This document shows positions 12,104 through 23,652 of a stretch of DNA of 64,000 bases, one piece after another; the first letter of the stretch is position 1, and the number at the start of each line of letters is the position of its first letter. The notes below the pieces were generated by a model. That model saw nothing but the letters and a program-made list of their open reading frames with translations. It did not search any database and had not been told where the DNA came from. The position numbers and the translations under genes were made by a program. The stretch comes from Squalus acanthias (lineage: Eukaryota): assembly GCA_030390025.1 (NCBI GenBank), contig CM059432.1, positions 26,972,001 through 27,036,000 on the forward strand, given 5' to 3'.

Positions 12104-12274
12104 AGCTGGTTTCCATCTTCATGTGCAAACTGTGTAACCTGTTTTCCCCAAGCCGAGGTGAGTTACTAACTCATGTCTCCGAGAAGCATGCAGAGGAAGG
12201 CCTGGCTCCAGATGATCTCATTGTCCCGTTACGGCCTCTTCCCGCACCTGAAAAGTCTGAGAGAAACGAAGAAG
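12104..12274 (+). CDS. ZFAT: ZFAT exon 2 (first C2H2 finger)
   Basis: CTAAC branch point at 12064, pyrimidine tract and CAG acceptor. Translates as ELVSIFMCKLCNLFSPSRGELLTHVSEKHAEEGLAPDDLIVPLRPL..., matching ZFAT IFMCKCCNLFSP...HVSEKH...PLRPL. Donor G|GTAGG; 171 nt. Confidence 0.95.
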
Positions 12275-15200
12275 GTAGGGGCCCAAAATAACCTGACTAG
12301 CTGCATCCACTCACGTATCTACTTCTGAATAATAAGTTTTCTCTCCATATGTTAAGGCAGTGAATGATAGTGCTGCTAGATCTTAGAGGCAGTTTGATTC
12401 ATCTACCCAGCCTATTAGGAGTCCAGCACTGAATTGAAGAATCAAAGTGGAGTAAAAATTAGTGCAGCATTGAGGATCGGCTACTAGATGCCGCGAGCAT
12501 GCTTTGTAACCATGGTATAATGAAGCACTGCCATACATAGAACCCTTTTCACACATTTGCCTGTTGGAAACTACTAAATTATTTGGTGCTGTGTCATTGC
12601 AAGAGCTAAAGTTTGAACCATTTATAGTGAGCTGACCTGTATAGACCCAATTTGTTCAGTGTTGTAATCAGACAAGTAGCTCAGCTGTTTATGGAATTGG
12701 ATATTACAGGCAACTTCTATTTCCAGGAAATTGCATTGATCTAATGGTTGGGGAGGGCTGCAGTGCATTTCAACACTGAACACAATCTTCTGAAACCGTG
12801 AGTTCTCTGTGAAAAAAGAATTGGGTAAATATATGTTTAGGAATCAGCTTGATGATCAGAATGTCAAGTAGATAATTGCATACTCCAGAGAACACAGAGC
12901 TGCTTCGAACAACAAAGTGCCATCAGTGGCCAAGAAACAGTGAGGGTTGAAAAGTGGGATAGCTATTGTAGCTTCCTTTGATTATCATTGAGATCATAAA
13001 CTATACTGCACTCAACAGATTAAATGTATGGTGGAGTCTATGGTAGAGTTGGTGCTTTGTGGAATGGGCAAGCTTTTCTGATTCTAGACTTTTACCAGAT
13101 CTTTACATTTATTAGACTAGTGAAGTATTAGGCATTATATTTTCTGTTGGTTTATGCCCCACATGCATCTCTTTGTGTAGTGCAAAGCAAACAGAAAATG
13201 TTGCAAGGAGTAACATTAAACTGTTTCCCACCTCATTTTCCGGGACATCTGTTTGGCAGACTCCTGGAAATGAACTCGCTCATTGAATTTGGACCTTTTT
13301 GACAGCAGCCAGAAGGCCTCGAAGTCGGCAGGTATTTGTACTGCTGCAGCGAGCGAGTGAGCGCCCTTGCATTTATAGGGGTGTTTCTGCACCTGCAGGG
13401 AAAGTAGGGCGCGATAATGAATTGAACCCAAACCCATAGCTATGGCGGTATTCTGCAAGACATGCTCGAATGGAGAAGAAGGGGGGAAAAAGCCTGCCCC
13501 CATGGTAACAGGTAACTGTTTAATTTTGGCTGTGAACTATATAATCTGGACAAAAATATGTAGCGCTTCAATGGCTACTGTGGTTCTTAAATACCATTTT
13601 AAAAACCGGCAGCGAAGGCATTCAATCGGTTAATCCTTGCTTTGGAGGTGAGGGCACTGTTGGCTGACCTCATGGCAGCTGATGGAGATGTCCCATTGCA
13701 CAGTTGTGGCATTCTATCACTTTGGAGGTCCGAGCACAATGGTGTCCATGGAAGCAGCATGGAATAGTTCCTCCTTTCCTTCACTGAGCAGAAAAGTGAA
13801 AACCATCGGCTGTTGTGACTGCACAGTACAGTTTGGGAGAGTTCATTCATTTGTTCACTGACCAGACAAGCAAATGGCATCAGCTTCCATGAAGGTCAAT
13901 AAATGAATGAACTCTGCTACACTGTATATTTTATAAGAAAGAACCTGCATTTATATAGCGCCTTTCACAACCTCAGGACATCTCAAAGTGCTTTACAGTC
14001 AATTAACTACTTTTGAAGTGTAGTCACTGTTGTAATGTAGGGAAACACAGCAGGCAATTTGTGCACAGCAAGCTCACACAAACAACAATGAAATAAATGC
14101 CCAGATCATCTGTTTTGGTCATGTATTAACCTATCCATTGTCATTTCTGTTAGGTGTGATTCCAAAATATTGAACAGTAAGTTGCCCTTTTTTTAATGAG
14201 ACTGTGTTCATCATGATTTGCTCAACAAGATGACAGTAAGGAAGGTTGTCCAATTGGGGTTAATTTCAGCATTGTAGTTTGAGTCAATGTTGCCATGCTG
14301 CGCTGCTGGTGAGGAGCCTCGCTCAAAGGGAAAACGAACTGGAGAATCGGACTCCAAGATCTGTGCAATTCATGAGGCTCCAATGATCAATTACAAGAAA
14401 ATTGGGAGTGTTGCAAATCATTTGAGCTCATGACCTCTGTGTCTGATTCTCCAATCCATGCTTCCAGGAGTGCAGCCTTGCAGAAGTTACCCTATGGTTT
14501 CAAATGCTGTGGCTAGGTTAGTTGTACAAGTCTGAAGTGCCAATTCCACCATCCTGGAGAAAAAGACCCAGAGATCATGGTGTAAGCCACATACTCAGCT
14601 TGTACAGTGGGGAGCCGAGCTCACTGGATTAACTTGAGCATTTTCTACGTGTGCAAGCGAACACTGCGGTTGCAAGTGGCAACACTTGCCGGGAAAGTCC
14701 TTGGTTATTTTTCTGATCGGCAGCCATAACTTCAGCAGAAAGTTGCTGGAAACCCCGTTTACACATCTGTCTGGGGTCTCCGCCGAGCTTCCACCAAAGC
14801 TATGATGACCGACCAGGGCAATCCCCAAGGAAATTCCCGGCATTTGGCTTTAAGTAGACGAGGTGTTGGGGTGTGCTGCAGTAACTTTAAAGATCTTGCC
14901 AAGGGCCAGATGACAGTGCTGGCCTCTTCGATGAAGAGGTGCAGGATGTGCTGCTAGAGGTACAACAGAGGAAGGTCTGAGGTTCTTAACATTTGATTGT
15001 AACAAGGGGTGCACTCCAGTGCCCAGGGTGTGTACCTATCTTGCAGTGCATGCATCTTTAAATAGCTTACAATACAAGCTGGCTGCTCTTCATAAGGTCA
15101 ACTCCATTGTGACATCGGCTTGTGTGAAAGAATTACTATAAGTGCGCCATTGGGATGGGATTACAGAATATAGTAAACTGACACAATACCTGTGTATTGT

Positions 15201-15773
15201 GGAAAATCAGTCCTGTGTTGTGAATCCAAACCTGTGGCTCTTTATCAGTGAACAGTTCCATTTTCTGGCCCTCAACTGTTGTAAGTGGTAAGCCTGCCAC
15301 CCTTCGTATATATTCACTTGAAAAATAAAACGCTTTCACTAACAACAGTGACTGCAGAGGCTTCAGATTAAACTCAGCTCTTGGGATTTTCATTTAAACC
15401 AAGCTACCTGAAGGTTTTCAGTTTAACTGTTGAAGGGAGCTGCATTGGAGAAATTTCAGACCATCTACCAGTTACTTGACTGACCAGGAAAGTTTGAGAG
15501 CTTTAATGGGTACAAATTAGGTGGGTTGCCCTTAAGTCTTTATATTATCATAAGGAAAATAAGATAAACACAATTAGTAATGCGCAATTTCAAATTTCTG
15601 TAAACTAACATGGGAACAGGTACTGTGTCTTATCCGAGACGTTACCAGTGCAGCAGCATGCCCATGTGGTTGCCTCCTCTTTTTCCACTGATTAATTTAC
15701 CTAACAGAAATGCCACTAATTAGGCGAGGATGGCATTGATGAACACTAGTGCCTAATAAGGCAGCAGTGTCAC

Positions 15774-15917
15774 GCTGATGTCACAATTAGTGCCAAATAT
15801 ATCCTAAAACATACCATATCTGGGCCCCAGAAACTCGCTGTGCAAGTGAGCTAAGCTGATGTCACAATGGAGTTGACGTTGTGAAGAGCAGCCAGCTTGT
15901 GTTGTAAGCTATATAAA
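15774..15917 (+). promoter_or_regulatory. Promoter of the protamine-like gene: CRE-like elements and TATA box
   Basis: 14-bp direct repeat GCTGATGTCACAAT at 15774-15787 and 15855-15868, containing CRE-like TGATGTCA; TGACGT at 15874-15879; TATATAAA at 15910-15917. Confidence 0.75.
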
Positions 15918-15978
15918 GATGCAAGCACCTCAAGATAGGTACACACCCCGGGAACATCAAGCTCGAACGAACATAGCG

Positions 15979-16074
15979 ATGGGTTGCGGCAAACGACCTC
16001 AAAGACGAAAGCGCCGTAAATGTAAACGTCGCAAGATTATCAAAAAAAAATGCGGCAGCAGCAAGCGAAAATGA
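15979..16074 (+). CDS. Protamine-like (scylliorhinine S4-like) sperm nuclear basic protein, 31 aa, nested in ZFAT intron 2
   Basis: MGCGKRPQRRKRRKCKRRKIIKKKCGSSKRK followed by TGA TAA. It has 10 K, 8 R and 3 C, and a strong Kozak context GCGATGG. TATA lies upstream and AATAAA downstream. The GC start and KCKRRK..KKKC recall dogfish protamine S4 (sequence recalled from memory). Confidence 0.85.
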   Translation: MGCGKRPQRRKRRKCKRRKIIKKKCGSSKRK

Positions 16075-16193
16075 TAAGATGGTCGTATAGTAACAGGGCC
16101 AGACAAGAAATATAAACAAGAAACAGAACTGACTGTTATTGCAAACGTCTACTGGCCTGGAAGACAACCTGTTTCATCGCTGAAATTTTTTAC

Positions 16194-16222
16194 TGTACCA
16201 CATCATTGTACAGCAAAATAAA
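16194..16222 (+). terminator. Polyadenylation signal of the protamine-like gene
   Basis: AATAAA at 16217-16222, preceded by two TGTA motifs (16194, 16207), ~140 nt after the stop codon. Confidence 0.7.
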
Positions 16223-16601
16223 ATACTCAAGTAGCTTGAGAGTTCAAAATGAATTCTAGTATGCATTTTTCTAAGTGTTTTTAGATTAGTCACATATTAT
16301 GTTCAGCAAATAGATCCAGAATATTGATTCTTCATTTAGACTCAAATTGTTGCACACCACCAATGTCCCCTTTGTGTTAAAGAACTGGCACCATTGACCG
16401 CCTCAGCTTGGGGGTAGTAACGCTGTAACATAAATTGAGGTTTCACGATCACCAATAGAGGAAAGCTGAACCAAATCTGGAGATAGCTTTCCTAGACTCC
16501 TCCAGAGATGCACCGTGGCGATGGCATACAAGAATGGTTGCCACTGTCATTAGATGCTCCAGCTTACTGGTCAGCAACATGAGAACTGCGAAAAGCCTCT
16601 G

Positions 16602-16958
16602 GTCAGAAAGTGAGAGTGACAGGCTGGGGTGTCAGTCAGAGTGAGAGTGACAGGCTGGGGTGTCAGAAAGTGAGAGTGACAGGCTGGGGTGTCAGTCAGA
16701 GTGAGAGTGACAGGCTGGGGTGTCAGAAAGTGAGAGTGACAGGCTGGGGTGTCAGAAAGTGAGAGTGACAGGCTGAGGTGTCAGAAAGTGAGAGTGACCG
16801 GCTGGGGTGTCAGTCAGAGTGAGAGTGACAGGCTGGGGTGTCAGTCAGAGTGAGAGTGACAGGCTGGGGTGTCAGAAGAGTGAGAGTGACAGGCTGGGGT
16901 GTCAGAAAGTGAGAGTGACAGGCTGGGGTGTCAGAAAGTGAGAGTGACAGGCTGGGGT
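16602..16958. repeat. Minisatellite, 12 units of 29-31 bp
   Basis: GTCAG(AA/TCAG/AAG)AGTGAGAGTGACAGGCTGGGGT repeated 12 times. Confidence 0.95.
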
Positions 16959-18075
16959 TTTTTTAGTTGTTGGTGTGGCGGAGTCCATCCAGCAGTATAA
17001 AATGGAGCGGATTCCAAAGCATAAGGAGCCCTAGAAATTTGGCAGAACTGGCTCGAATAGAAAGAAAAGAAAGAGCTTGCATTTGTGTAGCATCTTTCAC
17101 CTCTTCAGTCTGTCCCAAATTCCTTCACAGCCAATTAATTACTTTGGAAGTGTAGACACTAATATATACAAATGTGGCAGTCAATTAACATGTGGCAAGC
17201 TCCTTACAAACAAGCAATGAGATAAATCACTGGTTAGTCTGTTTTGGGGTTGTTGATTGAGGTATAAATGTTAGCCAGGAGGTTGCCTTGTAGTTCTTTG
17301 AATGCTGTTGTTTTACATCCACCTGAACAGGCAAATGGTTATAATGTCACAAAAAAAATGCAAGCAGTCCTGGAATTTAAAAGGGTGTATTAAAGTCGGG
17401 TTCAATTAGGTTAATTGAAAAGGCACTTGCATGGCATGAGCGAAAAAAGGGCAGTGAGTGGCAGTGTTGTTAAAGGATTCTAAGACAGCACTAAAACGCT
17501 AGGATTACAGATCAGCCATGATCTAATTGAATGGTGGGACAGGCTCGAGGGGCTGAATGGCCTACTCCAGTTCCTATGTTCCTTAGGGCATTGCATTAAG
17601 AAGGAATCTATATGGATAGAGTTAAGAGTTAGGAATGGAATTAGTACAATCTCTGGTGTGCGTGCCAGGCCACCAAACAGTGAATACAAGGAGAGATCTG
17701 CAGACAGTTCAGAGGGATATGTAAGATCAACTGGGTATTAATATTGGGCAATTTTAGCTATACCAAGATAGACTAGAATAAAGATAATCCAGAAAATGCT
17801 GGAAATACTCAGCAGATCAGACAGCATCTGTGGAGAGAGAAACAAAGTTAACGTTTCAGGTTGATGACCCAAAAGGTCATCGGCCGAAAACGTTAACTTT
17901 GGCCCAGGATTTGCGGTCAGTGGCAAAGCAACAGCGCTTGCCACTGACCTCGAAGAAAGCTGCCCACAAAGATCTAGTGATCTCTGTGGCATGAATTTCT
18001 CCCCTCTCGACATTAATTTCATTCTGGCTCCAAGTCAAGGGAATCTCCAGTGTGCAACAACAGTGATGTCATCAA

Positions 18076-18328
18076 AACAACAACAGAAAACGCTGGAAAA
18101 ACTCAGCAGGCCAGGCAACATCCGTGGAGAGAGAAACAGAGTTAACGTTTCAGGTCGAAACCCTTCGTCAGAACTGAGAAAAGAGCAGAAATGAAACAGA
18201 TAAAAATGCAAGGGGGAGGCTGGGGGGAGGAATAACTATGGTAAGTAGAGACATTAAGAGATGCTCAAGGCAAGACGAGATGGTAATGGGACAGGTTAAG
18301 AAACAAAAGGTGAAGTGTGAAATGCTGG

Positions 18329-18370
<42 letters not shown>

Positions 18371-20169
18371 GTGGCAGGGGCCGAGGTTATGATCTGAAAT
18401 TGTTGAACTCGATATTGAGTCCGGAAGGCTGTAAAGTGCCTAAACGAAAGATTATGCTGAGCTTCCGTGGAACAATGCACGAGGCCGAGGACGGTGAGGT
18501 CTGAGTGGGCGTGGAGAGGTGAATTAAAATGACAAGCGACCGGAAGCTCGGGGTCACCCTTACGGACTGAACGGAGGTGTTCCGCAAAGTGGTCACCCAA
18601 TCTGCGTTTGGTCTCCTCAATGTAGAGGAGACCACATCGTGAGCAGCGAATACAGTATACTAGATTGCAAGAAGTACAAGTAAATCGCTGTTTCACCTGG
18701 AAGGGGTGTTTGGGGCCCTGGAGAGTGGGAAGGGGGGCTGTATAAGGGCAGGTGTTGCATCTCCTGCGCTTGCACGGGAAGGTGCCGGGCGAGGGGGAAG
18801 GGGTGCTGGGGGTGATAGAGGAGTGGACTAGGGTGTCTCGAAGGGAGCGGTCCCTACGGAATGCTGAAAGGGGAGGTGAGCGGAAGATACGTTTGGTGGT
18901 GGGATCACGTTGGAGGTGGCGGAAATGGTGGAGGATGATCCGTTGAATGTGGAGGCTGGTGGGGTGAAAGGTGAGGACAAGGGGAACTCTATCGTGGTTC
19001 CGGGAGGGAGGGGCCGGGGTGAGGGCAGAAGTGCGGGAGATAGAACGGACACGGTCGAGGGCCGTGTCAACCACGGTAGAGGGGAATCCTCGGTTGAGGA
19101 AAAAGGAAGACATGTCGGAAGCACTGGTATGGAAGGTGGCATCGTCGGAGCAGATGCGGCGGAGACGGAGAAACTGGGAGAAGGGAATAGAGTCCTTACA
19201 GGAGGCGGGGTGGGAGGAAGTGTAGTCCAGGTAGCTGTGGGAGTGAGTGGGCTTGTAGTGAATGTTGGTCAATAACCTATCCCCAGAGATGGAGACGGAG
19301 AAGTCGAGGAAGGGAAGGGAAGAGTCGGAGATGGACCATGTGAAGGTGAGGGAAGGGTGGAAATTGGAGGCAAAGTGAATGAAATTGTTTAGTTCAGGGC
19401 GAGAGCAGGAAATGGCACCGATACAGTCGTCAATGTACCGGAAAAAGAGGTGAGGGAGGGGACCCGAGTAGGACTGGAACAAAGAGTGTTCCACATATCC
19501 CACGAAAAGGTAGGCATAGCTAGGACCCATGCGGGTACCCATAGCAACACCTTTGATTTGGAGGAAATGAGTGGAGTCAAAGGAGAAGTTGTTCAATGTG
19601 AGAACAAGTTCAGCCAGGCGGAGGAGGGTGGTGGTGGATGGGGACTGGTTGGGCCTCTGTTCAAGGAAGAAGCGGAGCGCCCTCAGGCCATCCTGGTGGG
19701 GGATGGAGGTGTAGAGGGATTGTACGTCCATGGTGAAAAGGAGGCGGTTGGGGCCAGGAAACTGGAAACTGTTAAAGTGGCGGAGGGCATCAGAGGAATC
19801 GCGGATGTAGGTGGGAAGGGACTGGACAAGGGGAGAAAAAATAGTGTCGAGATAGGAAGAGATAAGTTCCGTGGGGCAAGAGCAGGCTGAAACGATGGGT
19901 CTACCAGGGCAGTCCTGTTTGTGGATCTTGGGAAGGAGGTAGAAGCGGGCTGTGCGGGGTTGGGGAACTATGAGGTTGGCGGCTGTGGGGGGAAGATCTC
20001 CAGAGGAGATGAGGTCAATGACAGTCTTGGAAACGGTGGCTTGATGTTCGGTAGTGGGGTCATGGTCCAGGTGGAGGTAGGAGGAGGTGTCGGAGAGTTG
20101 GCGCTCAACTTCCGCAGGTAGAGGTCGGTTCGCCAAACAACAACAGCGCCACCCTTGTCAGCAGGTTTA
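18076..20169 (-). mobile_element. Penelope-like retroelement (RT and GIY-YIG endonuclease, Neptune-type), 5'-truncated
   Basis: KPADKG, LPKIHK, DVQSLYTSIP, GVAMGTRMGP, RYIDD, Cys linker CKRRRCNTC, VYCIRCSRCGLLYIEET; 10-bp TSD ATGTCATCAA at 18066-18075 and 20170-20179. Confidence 0.93.
18140..18175 (-). ncRNA. Minimal hammerhead ribozyme at the Penelope 3' end
   Basis: Minus strand reads AGUU-CUGACGA-A-GGGU(UUCG)ACCU-GAAA-CG-UU-AACU. Confidence 0.8.
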
Positions 20170-20760
20170 ATGTCATCAAGCTGGCTAAGCAGCTAATCAC
20201 ATTGAAAAATTCTCTCAGACAGCAAACCAGGAAGTAAAATGCACTTAATTAATCATTTTACAGAGAGCAAAATAAAGTTTGGGACATACACATGGGATTA
20301 AGGTAGAAGCTGAAATAACAAACTTTAAAAAAAAATTATATTAAAAACCATATTAAAAATTTGACTTTTCACAAATATTGAATTAGTTTTTCAGGGCTAG
20401 AACTGTTGTTCAGCAGTCAGTATGCTATTAAAACCCCAGTTACACCTCCTTTTGACGAGGCTTAACATTTTCGGGGGGTTTTAAGAGCAATATTCCAGCA
20501 TAATAGGGGAAATTTTCATCAGTTCAGTGTGATTTGAATTGATTGCGGGCTCCGGGGAGTTCCACAGCTCAGCCTGTGGAGGAGCAGGGAATGACTGACA
20601 GCAATTTCTGGATTTTCACATTTATCATGTGCGGACTCCAGAAGTTGCTATCCGTTTCAGAGGAGTAATGACAGCGAACGCTGACAGTTTTGCCGTCATT
20701 ACCACCGTAAAATCTGGGCCATTGTTTCTCTCTCCACAGATGCTGCCTGGCCTGCTGAGT

Positions 20761-23652
20761 AAGGATCTTCGCTCCAAAAATCAAGAAATAGAATCAGTTT
20801 GGGTGGAGCTAAGAGACAGCAAGGGGCAGAAAACATTGGTGGGAGTTGTTTATAGGCCCCCAAACAGTAGTTGTAATGTAGGGCAGAGTATAAATCTGGA
20901 AATTAGAGGCACATGTAACAAGGGTAATACAGTAATCATGGGGGACTTTGATCGACATATAGACTGGGCAAGCCAAATTTGCAGTAATACTGTGGAGGAC
21001 GAATTCATGGAATATATGCAAGATAGTTTTCCAGATCAGTATGTTGAGGAACCAACTAGGGAACAGGCTATTTTAGATCTAGTATTGCGCAATGAGAAAG
21101 GGTTAATTAATAACCTTGTAGTAAAGGGGCCTTTAGGGAAGAGTGACCATAATATGATAGAATTTTATATTGAGTTTGAAAGTGATTTAGTTAAATCCGA
21201 AACTAGGGTCTTCAATTTAAACAAAGCAAACGATGTAGGTATGAGGGGCGAGTTGGCTAAGGTAGATTGGGAAACTACATTAAAAGGTATGATGGTAGAG
21301 AAGCAGTGGCTAGCATTTAAATAATTAATACATAATTTACAACAAATATACATTCATTTAAGGCACAATTGGGAGGATTTTAGAATTCAGCAAAGGAGGA
21401 CCAGGAAATTGATAAAGAAAGGGGAAATAGAATATGAGAGTAAACTAGCGAGAGACATAAAAACAGACTGTAAAAGCTTCTATAGTTATGTAAAAAGGAA
21501 AAGATAAGCAAAAGTAAATGTGGCTGAGACAGGAGAAATTATAATGGGGAATAAGGAAATGGCAGAGAAATTAAACAAATACTTTGTGTCTGTCTTCACG
21601 GAAGAAGACGCAAAAACTTCCCAAAAATAGTGGAGAACCAAGGGTCTAGCGAGAATGAGGAACTGAAAGAAATTAGTATTAAAGCCGTACTGGAGAAATT
21701 AATGGGACTGAAAGCCGATAAATACCCTGGACCTGATGGCCTACATCCTAGGGTTTTGAAAGAGGTGGCTATAGAGATAGTGGATACATTGGTTGTCATT
21801 TTCCCAAATTCCATAGATTCTAGAACAGTTCCCATGGAAGCAAATATAACCCCACTATTTAAGAAAGGAGGGAAAGAGAAAACAGGGAACTACAGTCCAG
21901 TTAGCTTGACATCAGTAGTAGGGAAAATGCTACAATCTATTATTAAGGACGTGGTAACAGGGCACTTAAAAAATAATAATAGGATTGGGCAAAGTCAACA
22001 CGGATTTATGAAAGGGAAATCATGTTTGACAAATCTGTTGGAGTTTTTTGAGGTTGTAACTAGCAGAATAGATAAGGGGGAACCAGTGGATGTGGTGTAT
22101 TTGGATTTTCAGAAGGTATTCGATAAGATGCCACACAAGAGGTTATTAAACAAAATTAGGGCTCATGGGATGAGGGGTCATATACTCGAATGGATTGAGG
22201 ATTGGTTAATGGACAGAAAACGGAGAGTAGGAATAAACGTGTTATTTTCGGGTTGGCAGGCTGTAACTAGTAGGGTACCACAAGGATCAGTGCTTGGGCC
22301 TCAGCTATTCACAATCTACATCAATGATTTGGATGAGGGGACCAAATGTAACATATCGAAGTTTGCTGATGATACAAAGCTGGGTGGAAATGTAAGTTGT
22401 GAGGAGGCTTCAAGGGGATATAGACAAGTTAAGTGAGTGGGCAAGAACATGGCAAATTAAAGAAATGTGAAGTTATCCACTTTGGTAGGAAAAATAGAAA
22501 AGCAGAATATTTTTTAAATGGTGAGATTGAGAAAATGTTGGTGTTCAGAGGGACTTGGGTGTCCTTGTACATGATTCACTGAAAGTTAACATGCAGGTAC
22601 AGCAATCAATTAGGAAAGCAAATGGTATGTTGGCCTTGAGTATAAGTGTAAAGACGTCTTACTGCAATTATATAGGGCCCTGGTGAGACCACACCTAGAG
22701 TATTGTGTACAGTTTTGGTCTCCTTACCTAAGGAAGGATATACTTGCCATAGAGGGAGTGCAACGAAGGTTCACCAGACTGGTTCCTGGGCTTGGGGGGA
22801 TTGTCCTATGAGGAGAGATTGAGTAGACTAGGCCTATATTGGCTTGATTGACACCCCATCGACCACCTTAAAAATTCACTCCCTCCACCACCGGCATACC
22901 GTGGCTGCAGTGTGTACCATCTACAAGATGCACTGCAGCAACTCGCCAAGGCTTCTTCGGCAGCACCTCCCAAACCTGCGACCTCTACCACAAGGACAAG
23001 GGCAGCAGGCGCATGGGAACAACACCAGCTCCAACTTCCCCTCCAAGTCACTCACCATCTTGACTTGGAAGTATATCGCCGTTCTTTCATCGTCGCTGGG
23101 TCAAAACCCTGGAACTCCCTCCCTAACAGCACTGTGGGAGTACCCTCACCACACGGACTGCAGCGGTTCAAGAAGGCGGATCACCACCATCTTCTCAAGG
23201 GCAACTAGGGATGGGCAATAAATGCTGGCCTTGCCAGCGACGCCCCCATCCCATGAATGGATTAAAAAAAAATTCTGTAGAGTTTAGAAGAATGAGAGGT
23301 GATCTCATTGAAACATACAAAATTTTTACAGGGCTTGACAGGGTAGATGCAGGGAGGCTGTTTCCCCTGACTTGGGAGTCCAGAACCACGGCTCACAGTC
23401 TCAGAATAAGGGGTCGGCCATTTAGGACTGAGATGAGGAGAAATTTCCCGTAGGGCTGTGGAGGCTCAGTCGTTGAGTATATTCAAGACAGAGATCGATA
23501 GATTTTTTAATATTAAGGGAATCAAGGGATATGGGGATAGTGCAGGAATGTGGAGATGAGGTAGAAGATCAGCCATGATCTTATTAAATGGCGGAGCAGG
23601 CTTGAAGGGCCAAATGGACTACTCCTGCTCCTATTCCTTATGTTCTTATGTG
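20761..23652 (+). mobile_element. CR1 LINE ORF2 (EN-RT) with 3' tail; family A tail inserted at 22841-23271
   Basis: VYRPP, GDF, SDH, PGPDG, YLDFQK.FD, VPQGSVLGP, KFADD; (TGTTCTTA)n tail; the inserted piece ends in poly(A). Confidence 0.92.

Larger units (their letters stand above)
17900..20721. mobile_element. Harbinger-like MITE hosting a Penelope insertion
   Basis: Imperfect TIRs TGGCCCAGGATTTGCGGT / ACCGTAAAATCTGGGCCA; the element splits a Penelope terminal repeat (AACGTTAACTT | TTGTTTCTCTCTCCACAG). Confidence 0.7.

Noticed and set aside
16021..16030. miR-30-like seed TGTAAAC (miR-30b/d neighbour ZFAT in mammals)
   Set aside because: The sequence continues GTCGC rather than ATCC, shows no hairpin and lies within the protamine-like ORF.
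15862..16167. 101-aa minus-strand ORF from the track
   Set aside because: It is the antisense shadow of the protamine-like gene; promoter and polyA signals support the + strand.
16602..16958. CRISPR-like periodic array
   Set aside because: There are no unique spacers and the context is eukaryotic; it is a minisatellite.
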